A stretch of DNA of 64,000 nt from Candidatus Brocadiia bacterium (GTDB lineage: Bacteria; Planctomycetota; Brocadiia; CAIUPP01): NCBI GenBank assembly GCA_050015075.1, contig JBEKCB010000009.1:1-64000 (forward strand), read 5' to 3'. The notes under the pieces are model-generated. The model made no database searches and was not told the origin of the DNA. It saw nothing but the letters and a program-made list of their open reading frames with translations. Below are positions 50,382-58,321 of the stretch, in pieces. Position numbers and translations under genes: made by a program. Within the stretch, counting starts at the first letter, position 1. Each line of letters starts with the position of its first letter.

Positions 50382-51248
50382 ATGGTCCGAAGCATGACGG
50401 GATTCGGCCTCGGCTCGAGCGAGACCGGCCGGTTCGCCGTGCGCGCGGAGGTCCGCTCGGTCAACAACCGCAACCTGCGCGTGACGGTGCGGCTGCCGGA
50501 ACGCCTTCAGGCGCTCGAGCCGGAGTTCGAGAAGATGCTCCGCGACGCGATGTCGCGCGGCACCGTCACCGCCGCGGTCACCGTGGACGACGTCAGCGGC
50601 GATCCGGGCTACGTGCTCGACACCGCCGCCATCGAGTTCTACCGCGAAGCGCTCAAGAAGGTCGAGAAGGGCAAGGTGCCGCTCGCGGTCCTGGTCTCGC
50701 TTCCGGGGGCCATCCGCAAGAAGCCGGTCGAGGAGATCCCCGCCGAGCTGATCGCCGCCGTGCGCGAGGCGATGCAGAAGGCCATCAAGGAACTCGTCGC
50801 CGCGCGCGAGGTGGAAGGCGCGTTCATCTGGAAGGACATGACGGCGCGCTGCGTGGCGATCGGCGCGCTGGTCGAGCGCGTCGAGGCGCGCATCCCGCGC
50901 ATGATCGAGGATTACCGGCGGCGGCTCTCCGAGCGGCTCGCGAAACTTCTCAACGGGATCGGCACGACGATCACCCCGGAAGACGTCCGCAAGGAAGTGG
51001 CGCTCTTCGCCGACCGATCCGACATCTCCGAGGAGATCACCCGGCTCCGCAGCCACCTGGCGCTGATGGCCAAGGCCGACAAACAGGACGAGCCGTACGG
51101 CCGCAAGTTCGAGTTCGTCATGCAGGAGATGTTCCGCGAGGCGAACACGATGGGCTCCAAGGCTACCGATGCCGAGATGGTGCAGGACATGCTCGACATC
51201 AAGTCCGAGATCGAGAAACTGCGCGAGCAGGCGCTGAACGTCGAGTGA
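50382..51248 (+). CDS. yicC: YicC/YloC family endoribonuclease
   Basis: SMTGFG, RSVNNR, DISEEITRL.SH, GRKFEF..QEMFREANT.GSK, REQALNVE. Confidence 0.93.
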   Translation: MVRSMTGFGLGSSETGRFAVRAEVRSVNNRNLRVTVRLPERLQALEPEFEKMLRDAMSRGTVTAAVTVDDVSGDPGYVLDTAAIEFYREALKKVEKGKVPLAVLVSLPGAIRKKPVEEIPAELIAAVREAMQKAIKELVAAREVEGAFIWKDMTARCVAIGALVERVEARIPRMIEDYRRRLSERLAKLLNGIGTTITPEDVRKEVALFADRSDISEEITRLRSHLALMAKADKQDEPYGRKFEFVMQEMFREANTMGSKATDAEMVQDMLDIKSEIEKLREQALNVE

Positions 51249-51255
51249 GGCGCGC

Positions 51256-51891
51256 ATGTTGCCGGCCGAAACCGGGCGAAAGTGCGGGCTTGCCCGCCAT
51301 CCGTATGGCGGGCTGGCCGTGGTCGTCTCCGGGCCGTCGGGCGCGGGCAAGACCACCGTCTGCCGCGGGCTCATCGCGCGGTACGGCTACGAGCGCTCGA
51401 TCTCGGCGACGACGCGCGCGCCGCGCGCCGGCGAGCGCGACGGCGTGGATTACCATTTCATGACGCGCGAGCGGTTCCTGGAAGGCGTCCGGCGCGGCGA
51501 GTTCCTGGAGCACTCGGAACATTTCGACAACCTGTACGGCACGCCGAAAGAGCCGGTCGAACGGGCGTTGCAGCAAGGGCGGACGATCATCCTGGAAATC
51601 GACATCAACGGCGCTCAGCAGGTGATGGAGCGACTGCCGGCGCAGGACCGCTTCTGCATCTTTCTCACCGCGCCCGATGCGCGCGAGCAGGAGCGCCGCC
51701 TGCGCAGCCGCCGGACCGAAGGCGAGGAGGCCGTCCGCACGCGGCTCAGCCGCGCCGAGAAGGAAATCGCCCAGGGCCTGCGCTACGACGCCCGGGTGGA
51801 GAACGACGTGATCGAACGCACCGTCCTCGAAGTTCATGCGCACATTCAGAAAGCGGAGGCGAGGAAAAACGATGGATGTGGACAGGCTTGA
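51256..51891 (+). CDS. gmk: Guanylate kinase
   Basis: SGPSGAGKTT, SATTRAPR.GE.DGVDYHF, YGT, EIDINGA. Confidence 0.95.
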   Translation: MLPAETGRKCGLARHPYGGLAVVVSGPSGAGKTTVCRGLIARYGYERSISATTRAPRAGERDGVDYHFMTRERFLEGVRRGEFLEHSEHFDNLYGTPKEPVERALQQGRTIILEIDINGAQQVMERLPAQDRFCIFLTAPDAREQERRLRSRRTEGEEAVRTRLSRAEKEIAQGLRYDARVENDVIERTVLEVHAHIQKAEARKNDGCGQA

Positions 51892-52126
51892 GCACTTGAC
51901 GCAGAAGGTCGGCGGACGGTTCCGGCTGACCGCGCTCCTCCAGAAGCGGCTGGCGGAACTCGTGAAGGGTTCGCCGCCGCTGGTGGACCTGCCGTCGAAC
52001 AATTTCTTCGAGGTCGCCCTGCGGGAGATCGAGGAAGGCCGGATCGAGCTGCTGCGCGCCTGGACGGCCCAGGACGGCGGCGGCCGCGCCGTCTCCGCGC
52101 CCCCTGAGAAAGAAGCCGACGAATGA
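51872..52126 (+). CDS. rpoZ: RNA polymerase omega subunit
   Basis: KVGGRFRLTALLQKR..EL, ALREIEEG; follows gmk. Confidence 0.85.
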   Translation: MDVDRLEHLTQKVGGRFRLTALLQKRLAELVKGSPPLVDLPSNNFFEVALREIEEGRIELLRAWTAQDGGGRAVSAPPEKEADE

Positions 52127-52677
52127 AGGCCGCGCATATCCTGCTCGGCGTCACCGGCAGCATCGCGGCCTTCAAGGCCGCCGACCTGACCGCCGGCCTC
52201 ACCAAGGACGGCGCGGAGGTCACCGTCATCATGACGGAGTCCGCGCAGCGTTTCGTCGCGCCGCTGACGTTCGAGACGCTCGCGCGCCGGCCGGTGATCA
52301 CCAGCATGTGGACCCGCACGGCCGAGGTCGGGCCGGTCCACGTCGAACTGGCCGACTGGGCCGACCTGCTCGTCGTCGCGCCGGCGAGCGCCAACTTCAT
52401 CGGCAAGCTCGCCCACGGCATCGCCGACGACATGCTCTCGTGCATGGCGATCACCATGACGCGTCCGCCGCTCATCGCGCCGGCCATGAACGACAACATG
52501 TACCGCCACCCGGCCGTGCAGGAGAACATCCGCACGCTGCGCCGCCGCGGCTGCACGTTCATCGGCCCCGTCGTCGGCCGCCTGGCCAGCGGCAAAATCG
52601 CGCTCGGCCGGCTCTCCAGCGTGGAGGACATCCTCTCCGCAATCCGCCGCGCGCTGAAAACCAGCGGGCGGAAATAG
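52123..52677 (+). CDS. coaC: Phosphopantothenoylcysteine decarboxylase (stand-alone)
   Basis: GVTGSIAAFK, HVEL, APASANFIGK..GIADD, APAMN. Confidence 0.9.
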   Translation: MKAAHILLGVTGSIAAFKAADLTAGLTKDGAEVTVIMTESAQRFVAPLTFETLARRPVITSMWTRTAEVGPVHVELADWADLLVVAPASANFIGKLAHGIADDMLSCMAITMTRPPLIAPAMNDNMYRHPAVQENIRTLRRRGCTFIGPVVGRLASGKIALGRLSSVEDILSAIRRALKTSGRK

Positions 52678-52679
52678 AT

Positions 52680-52772
52680 ATCGTCCTCGTCCTCGCTCTC
52701 GTCCTCGTCCTCGGTCGTAACTAACAGCGGTTCGAGGACGACGACGAGGACGAGTATGAGGACGAGGACGAT
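52680..52772. repeat. GTCCTC/GAGGAC palindromic element, copy 5
   Basis: Core on minus strand CGAACCGCTGTTAGTTACGACCGA; lies between coaC and coaB. Confidence 0.85.
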
Positions 52773-52790
52773 GGATTTCTGAGGCGACCT

Positions 52791-53432
52791 ATGCGCTTCA
52801 TCGTCACCGCAGGCCCCACTCGCGAGTACCTCGACGACGTGCGCTTCCTGACGAACGCCTCGAGCGGGCGGATGGGCTATGCCGTCGCCCGGATGGCGGC
52901 GCGGCGCGGGCACAGCGTGGACCTCCTCACCGGCCCGGTGGCGCTGAGGGCGCCGTCCGGCGTGCGGGTCCACCGCGCAATCAGCACTCAGGAGATGTAC
53001 GAGGCGGCGAAGAAACTTTTCCCGCGCGCGGACTGCCTCATCGGCGCGGCGGCCCCGGCCGACTTCACGCCCGTCCGCCGGATCAAGGGAAAAGCGAAGA
53101 AAGCCGACGCGTCCCTCGTGCTGCAACTGAAGCCGACGGTGGACATCCTCGCCACGCTCGGCCGCGCGAAGAGCCGTCAGGTCATCATCGCCTTCGCGCT
53201 CGAAGTGCAGAGCCCGCTGAAGAACGCTCGGCTGAAACTGCGCCGCAAGAACGCCGACGCCATCGTCCTGAACTCGCCCGCCGCCATCGGCGCGCCCCGC
53301 TCCGACGCGACGATCCTCCTCCGCAGCGGCGCGCGACTGGAAGTCAAGCAGGCCACCAAGCAACGCCTCGGCCGCATCCTCGTCGGCCTGGCAGAATCAT
53401 TGCGCGCAACGGCGCGCGACGATGGACGATAG
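52791..53432 (+). CDS. coaB: Phosphopantothenate-cysteine ligase (stand-alone)
   Basis: TAGPTREYLDDVRFLTNASSGRMG, AAAPADF, DIL, FALE, KL..K..D.IV.N. Confidence 0.9.
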   Translation: MRFIVTAGPTREYLDDVRFLTNASSGRMGYAVARMAARRGHSVDLLTGPVALRAPSGVRVHRAISTQEMYEAAKKLFPRADCLIGAAAPADFTPVRRIKGKAKKADASLVLQLKPTVDILATLGRAKSRQVIIAFALEVQSPLKNARLKLRRKNADAIVLNSPAAIGAPRSDATILLRSGARLEVKQATKQRLGRILVGLAESLRATARDDGR

Positions 53433-53449
53433 ACCATCGGCGACGGACC

Positions 53450-53568
53450 ATCGTCCTCGTCGTCGTCCTCCGCCCTCGTCCTCGTCCTCCGCCCTCGTCC
53501 TCGTCCTCGTCCTCGTCGTCGTCCTCGTCCTCGAACCGCCGTTAGTTACGACCGAGGACGAGGACGAT
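53450..53568. repeat. GTCCTC/GAGGAC palindromic element, copy 6 (expanded left arm)
   Basis: Core CGAACCGCCGTTAGTTACGACCGA. Confidence 0.85.
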
Positions 53569-53634
53569 CTAGCGCGGGCGACGCCATTTCTGCTATCCGC
53601 CGCGTTTCCCCGTTTCTCTTGCGCCTCTTCGCGG

Positions 53635-54309
53635 CTAAACTTTTTTCAGCCGTCCCCGCGCGCGGCGGGCTTCATCCTCGGCGATCCACGATTTCGCGAG
53701 CGCCTCGACTTCGGCCGGCGCGAGGTCGGTCGGTCCGCCGATCGCGCGCCGCCGCAACGACGCGGCGATGTAGATCGAAATCCCGGCGGCGACGGAGACG
53801 TTCAGGCTCTGCGAGAAGCCGGGCATCGGCAACTGGTATCGCCCGTCGCACGCCGCGAGCAACTCGTCGGAAAGCCCGGCGTGCTCGCCGCCGAAGACCA
53901 GCGCCACCTTGCGCCCGAAATCCAGCGCCTCGATCGGCTGCGCCGCGCGGTCGGGCACCGCCGCCCACAGGCCGAAGCCCTGCTGGTGCAGCGCCCCGGC
54001 GCACGCCGCGCCGTCGGCATGCGCGTGAAGCTCCAGCCATTTCTCGCAGCCGCAGGTGATCGCGCGGTTGAGCGGCAGATCTTCCATCGCGCCGACCAGG
54101 TGAACGTGCTGCACGCCGAACCCCTCGCACGAGCGCAGGACGGCGCTGATGTTGTGCGGATCGTGGACGCCGTCGAGCACCACGCGCACGCCGCCGAGCC
54201 GCCGGCCGGCCACCAGCCGCATCCGCGCGGGCCGGCGCTCCTCTTCCGGGATGTCCGGCGGCAAGTCCTCCGGAACGGGCGCTCGACCGGATGATCGTTT
54301 CGTCGCCAA
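53635..54309 (-). CDS. TrmH/SpoU family RNA 2'-O-methyltransferase
   Basis: DPHNISAVLRS, FGGEHAGLS, PMPGFSQSLNVSVAA. Confidence 0.9.
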   Translation of the reverse strand: MATKRSSGRAPVPEDLPPDIPEEERRPARMRLVAGRRLGGVRVVLDGVHDPHNISAVLRSCEGFGVQHVHLVGAMEDLPLNRAITCGCEKWLELHAHADGAACAGALHQQGFGLWAAVPDRAAQPIEALDFGRKVALVFGGEHAGLSDELLAACDGRYQLPMPGFSQSLNVSVAAGISIYIAASLRRRAIGGPTDLAPAEVEALAKSWIAEDEARRARGRLKKV

Positions 54310-54497
54310 ATTCGGACCGCTTATGGAAGAACCCGGACAGGGTCAGCGCGCCGGCATCCTGCCGCCGGTAATAATGCAGTGCCCCCGAAATAACATACGT
54401 AAGTCCAGCCAGCGTCATGTCGCGCGCAGTACGCTGCGCGCTCTGGCTGCTCGTAGTGTGCCCGTAAGGGCATACGACGTAGCGCCTGACGGCGCCA

Positions 54498-55607
54498 CTA
54501 CAAGCGCTGGAAACTGCCGATGCGGGCGCGGCGGTTGCCCTGGATTTTCCTGACGGCGGATTCGAACGCGGCGACCTCGCTCTTCGTCGTCAGCGCGCCC
54601 AGTTCCAGATCGTACTGCACCGTTTCGCCGGGCTTGAGCATCCTCAGCCGCCCTTCGGCGCGCTCCTTCGCGCGGCCATGGACCGAGTTCGTGGCCGGCT
54701 CGACGCCGACGACGTACGTGCCCTTGCCCAACTGCTTCCACTCGATCAGGTGCGGCAACTGCGTCTTGCGGTACACCACGTAGCCGCCGAATCCGAGCGC
54801 CGGGTTCACGATGCCGGCCATCGTCCGTCCGCCCGCCGTGGCGACGTCGTGGTGGTACACCTTCTCGCGGTACCCGGCGACCGGCGCGTGGAAGGAGGCG
54901 TACTCCGCCTTGCCGTCCTCCGCGTCGGCGTCGCGCGGCGTCACGCACAGGCTCGGCGAGACGAGCCGCGAGCCCGCGTCCACCACCGGGAAGCCGAAAT
55001 TGATGTGATAGAGCAACATGTGCGGCGCGGGCTTGTCGTCGAGGTTCGTCACTTCATCGTGCACGTACAGCTTGTTCTGGCCGAGGAACGCGAAGATCGA
55101 GCGCGTCAGGCACAGGCACGGGCCGAAGACCTTGCATTCCATCACCTTCCCGCGGACGCCGACGACGTAGTCGTCGCCCTTCCAGCCGCTGATCGTCCGC
55201 ACCTCCTGCGCGGGAGTATTCGAGATGCGGCCGTGGAGGCCCAGCGGCACGCCCTCGTCCACGCACGGCGCGCCGAAGTGCGTCAGCCCGCACGTGCAGA
55301 CCAGCCCGCCGAAGAACCCGCGCAGCCACTCGAGCCCTTCGGGCTGATAGAATTCCGGCGCCGTATCGCCCGCGCACGACCGCCAGCAGAGCGACCGGCC
55401 GTTGTGCTCCGCCGCGCTCACGTCCAGCGCGCGGTCGGCGAGCACGGTGAAGCGGAATCCCGACCCGGTGCTCAGCTCGATGGCGGCGACGCCTTTCGCC
55501 CGGCCTTCGGTCAGCGTGTGTGGCCGCACCGTGGCGATCTGCGAAGGGTCGCCGATACGCTCGAGGAGCTGCCTGCGCGTCCAGCTCCGGCCGAAGAGCC
55601 ATGCCAT
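54498..55607 (-). CDS. DUF4432 / aldose 1-epimerase-fold protein
   Basis: DRALDV, F.GGL..TCGL.H.G.P, LHGRISN, LYHINFG.P, YVVGVEP. Confidence 0.85.
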   Translation of the reverse strand: MAWLFGRSWTRRQLLERIGDPSQIATVRPHTLTEGRAKGVAAIELSTGSGFRFTVLADRALDVSAAEHNGRSLCWRSCAGDTAPEFYQPEGLEWLRGFFGGLVCTCGLTHFGAPCVDEGVPLGLHGRISNTPAQEVRTISGWKGDDYVVGVRGKVMECKVFGPCLCLTRSIFAFLGQNKLYVHDEVTNLDDKPAPHMLLYHINFGFPVVDAGSRLVSPSLCVTPRDADAEDGKAEYASFHAPVAGYREKVYHHDVATAGGRTMAGIVNPALGFGGYVVYRKTQLPHLIEWKQLGKGTYVVGVEPATNSVHGRAKERAEGRLRMLKPGETVQYDLELGALTTKSEVAAFESAVRKIQGNRRARIGSFQRL

Positions 55608-55852
55608 GGCGATTCTCCTTTTGATGGAACGCGCGCTGTGAACGCCCGCCGTTCAGTCGGCAAGGTAGCGACCCGCGCCACAACTGTCAAGCCGAGACCG
55701 CCTCCGGCTGAAATCCTGCGGAAAAATCCGGATTCTCCTTGACAGGCTCGCGCGGGTGGGCTATCTATTACGGAAGAGGTATTCGGCCGCTGGCGGAGGA
55801 AGAAACGCGGAATTTATCGCCGATTTCGCGGCGGAATGCAAGGAGGCGCTCC

Positions 55853-56248
55853 GTGGCGACGATCCTGCTGGTCGAGGACGACCTCAACGAGTGCGTGCTG
55901 TATGAGCGCGAACTCGGCGAACAAGGGCACAACATCCTGATCGCGCACAACGGCCCGCAGGCGCTGGCGATGTGCGAAGACGCCAAGCCCGACCTGGTCG
56001 TCATGGACGTCAGCATGCCGGGGATGGACGGGATTGACGTGATGGGCCGCATGCTGTGCAGGAACCACAAGCTGCCGATCATCCTCAACACCGCGTACGC
56101 GTCGTACAAGGAAGATTTCCGCTCGTGGGCCGCGGACGCTTACGTCGTCAAGTCCGCCGACCTCACCGAGTTGAAGCAGACGGTCAAGCACGTTCTGGAG
56201 ACGCGCCGGCAGGGCGCCGAGCCGAAGCCCGGCGGCGCGAAGGGGTGA
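55853..56248 (+). CDS. Single-domain response regulator
   Basis: LLVEDD, MDVSMPGMDG, TAY, YVVKS; AGGAGG RBS. Confidence 0.88.
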   Translation: MATILLVEDDLNECVLYERELGEQGHNILIAHNGPQALAMCEDAKPDLVVMDVSMPGMDGIDVMGRMLCRNHKLPIILNTAYASYKEDFRSWAADAYVVKSADLTELKQTVKHVLETRRQGAEPKPGGAKG

Positions 56249-56418
56249 GATGCAGGAATCGAGCGCGTCGGACCAGGGCAGTCCTTCCATGGACCCATGG
56301 ATGAAGGCATCATCAACACGCCCGCTGAGCCATGCGCTCGGTTCCTGCGTCGCCTGCCGAAGTTAATCCTTTCCTTTGCCGACCTATTACCTGATCAGGA
56401 GAGGACTCTGGGCGAGAC

Positions 56419-56447
56419 TTGAAAGCTTGAAGCCAGAGGGGTAGTAT
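56419..56447 (+). promoter_or_regulatory. sigma70 promoter for the DUF4160-DUF2442 pair
   Basis: TTGAAA-N17-TAGTAT, ending 6 nt before the ORF. Confidence 0.65.
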
Positions 56448-56453
56448 CGTGTC

Positions 56454-56702
56454 CTGAGTCCAACGCTATTCACGTGGAAAGGGTACCGGTTCTTCTTCTT
56501 TTCGCGCGAAGAGCCACGTCCTCATGTTCACGTCACTTGTGCCGACGGTGAAGCGAAATTTTGGTTGGGGCCAGCCGTTTCCCTGGCGAAGAACTACAGA
56601 CTGTCAGGGTCGGAAGTGTCAAAGTTGAAGAAGGTGGTGGAGGAAAAGAAAGATGAGATCGTCCGTGCCTGGAACGACCGCTTCCAAGGTCGAAGTCACT
56701 AA
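56454..56702 (+). CDS. DUF4160 family protein (putative toxin), CTG start
   Basis: Manual translation: (M)SPTLFTWKGYRFFFFSREEPRPHVHV..GEAKFWL..IVRAWND; absent from the ORF track. Confidence 0.8.
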   Translation: MSPTLFTWKGYRFFFFSREEPRPHVHVTCADGEAKFWLGPAVSLAKNYRLSGSEVSKLKKVVEEKKDEIVRAWNDRFQGRSH

Positions 56703-56946
56703 CGTCGGCTCGTTCGGCCTGTGGATTCTCCTCCAAGGGAAGGAATATTTCCTGCCCTATGAACAATATCCCTGGTTCAGGGAAGCCCGGATCGCCGACG
56801 TCCTGAACGTCGCTCTTGTGCATGAGGATCATCTGCACTGGCCGGCGCTGGATGTTGACCTTTGCGTCGAGTCACTGGATCACCCCGAAGACTTCCCTCT
56901 GATTTACAGAGACCGCGCCGCCGCATCCAAACGCCGCGCCAAGTAG
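56653..56946 (+). CDS. DUF2442 family protein (putative antitoxin)
   Basis: EVTNV..FGLW..EYFLPY..YPWF..LHWPALDVDL..L.HPE.FPL. Confidence 0.82.
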   Translation: MRSSVPGTTASKVEVTNVGSFGLWILLQGKEYFLPYEQYPWFREARIADVLNVALVHEDHLHWPALDVDLCVESLDHPEDFPLIYRDRAAASKRRAK

Positions 56947-57002
56947 ACCGCGCTGCGATTCTCAGCCGCAGAGTACCCCTAGCGATATTTCGATTTTCAG
57001 GC

Positions 57003-57052
57003 TTGACATGGATGCGAGGGAATATTACTCTGTAATGCAGAGTGCTCTGTAA
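57003..57052 (+). promoter_or_regulatory. sigma70 promoter overlapped by a palindromic operator
   Basis: TTGACA-N17-TACTCT; inverted repeat ACTCTG-TAATG-CAGAGT (57027-57043) plus a second CTCTGTAA. Confidence 0.7.
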
Positions 57053-57088
57053 GCTCCCGTCGGCCAGCATAATTTGGAGGCCACTGTG

Positions 57089-57727
57089 ATGGAAATTTCT
57101 TCGGAGGAGGCCCGGGAATCACTGGCGCAGGCGCAGGATGCGGCCGCGCGCACGCGGAAGCTGCTGGCCTGTCGCGGGGCGGATGCGCTGTTTGTGGTCT
57201 GGGGCTTGGTCTGGTTCCTGGGTTACCTGGGAACTGACTTAGCGCCCCGGCTGCTGGCGCTCGGGAAAGGCGGCGAGGACCGCGGAGAGACGGCCGTCTG
57301 GATCGTGAACGGGATATGGCTCGCCCTGATCGCTCTCGGCATCGTGGTTTCTGTCGCCGTGTGGAAACGACGCTCGCCGACGAAGACGAGCAGCGGAGCG
57401 CGGTTGGGCTGGTTCTGGCTGCTGCTTTACGTCTATGTGAGTGTCTGGATCTTCCTCCTCTGGCCGTTCATCAAGGTCGAGGGCGCAGCGGAATCCGTTC
57501 GGTTCGGGCGGCACATGGGCGCCATCGAAGCGACGGTGCCGATGTTCGCATACGTGGTGATGGGACTCTGGCTCGACCACTTCATGATCTGGATAGGACT
57601 CGCCATAACCGGGCTGACGGTGCTCGGCCTGTTTCTGGCACCGGCCTGGTTCTGGATCTGGATGGCGGTAATGGGCGGCGGCTCGCTCGTCAGTACCGGC
57701 TTTTTGATCCGCAACCGCTGGAGGTAG
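57089..57727 (+). CDS. Multi-pass membrane protein
   Basis: N-terminal helix EEARESL, about 6 TM segments, WGLVWFLGY. Confidence 0.75.
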   Translation: MEISSEEARESLAQAQDAAARTRKLLACRGADALFVVWGLVWFLGYLGTDLAPRLLALGKGGEDRGETAVWIVNGIWLALIALGIVVSVAVWKRRSPTKTSSGARLGWFWLLLYVYVSVWIFLLWPFIKVEGAAESVRFGRHMGAIEATVPMFAYVVMGLWLDHFMIWIGLAITGLTVLGLFLAPAWFWIWMAVMGGGSLVSTGFLIRNRWR

Positions 57728-57729
57728 CC

Positions 57730-58023
57730 ATGGGCCGCATTGACGAGGTTATACACCAGTCGCTGCGCTTGCAAATCATGGCGTCGCTGATCACTCTCGA
57801 TCCGCGGCAGTCGGTGGATTTCGTTTATCTGCGCGACCTGCTCAAAGCCACAGACGGCAATCTCGGCGCGCATCTGGAGAAACTGGAGGCGGCAGGCTAC
57901 GTGAAGATCGAGAAGACTTTCGTCGCGCGAAAACCGCGCACGTTCGTTTCGGCCACAGCGAAAGGGCGCACGGCGTTCGAGGAGCACGTGGCGGCGCTCA
58001 AGACGATTCTGAACATGAAGTGA
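57730..58023 (+). CDS. Winged-helix transcriptional regulator (HTH_34/MarR-like)
   Basis: DEVIHQ.LRL.IMA.L, DF..LR..L.ATDGNL.AHL.KLE.AGYV, PRT..T.KG..AF..H. Confidence 0.88.
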   Translation: MGRIDEVIHQSLRLQIMASLITLDPRQSVDFVYLRDLLKATDGNLGAHLEKLEAAGYVKIEKTFVARKPRTFVSATAKGRTAFEEHVAALKTILNMK

Positions 58024-58134
58024 CGCTGCTCGAGGCAGTCATTTCCAGCTTGACTATCGCAGCCGTTCGTTGTGACTATTCGCGGGACATCAAACCTATT
58101 TGGCAGCCCGGCTTCAAAGCGTGAAGGACACGCG

Positions 58135-58267
58135 TGGCCATCTCGTAACTCCAACATGCCCCTCCGGCTCCTCTTTCCGATCAGGCGCGCGAGGGTTGGG
58201 TCTGGGCGTATCGTTTCACAAGTCAGCCGAAAAACCGCTTGGCGACGGACAACTGTTACAGTACACT
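58135..58267 (+). repeat. Cargo-leader module, copy 1 (att-like scar + promoter)
   Basis: CTCCGGCTCCTCTTTCCGATCAGGCGCGCG..GGCGTATCGTT..TTGGCG-N17-TACACT. Confidence 0.8.
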
Positions 58268-58321
58268 CTCGCCTTTAAAAGCGAGCCCTCCTTCGGAGAA
58301 CGGTCAAATGGGAAATCCCGG

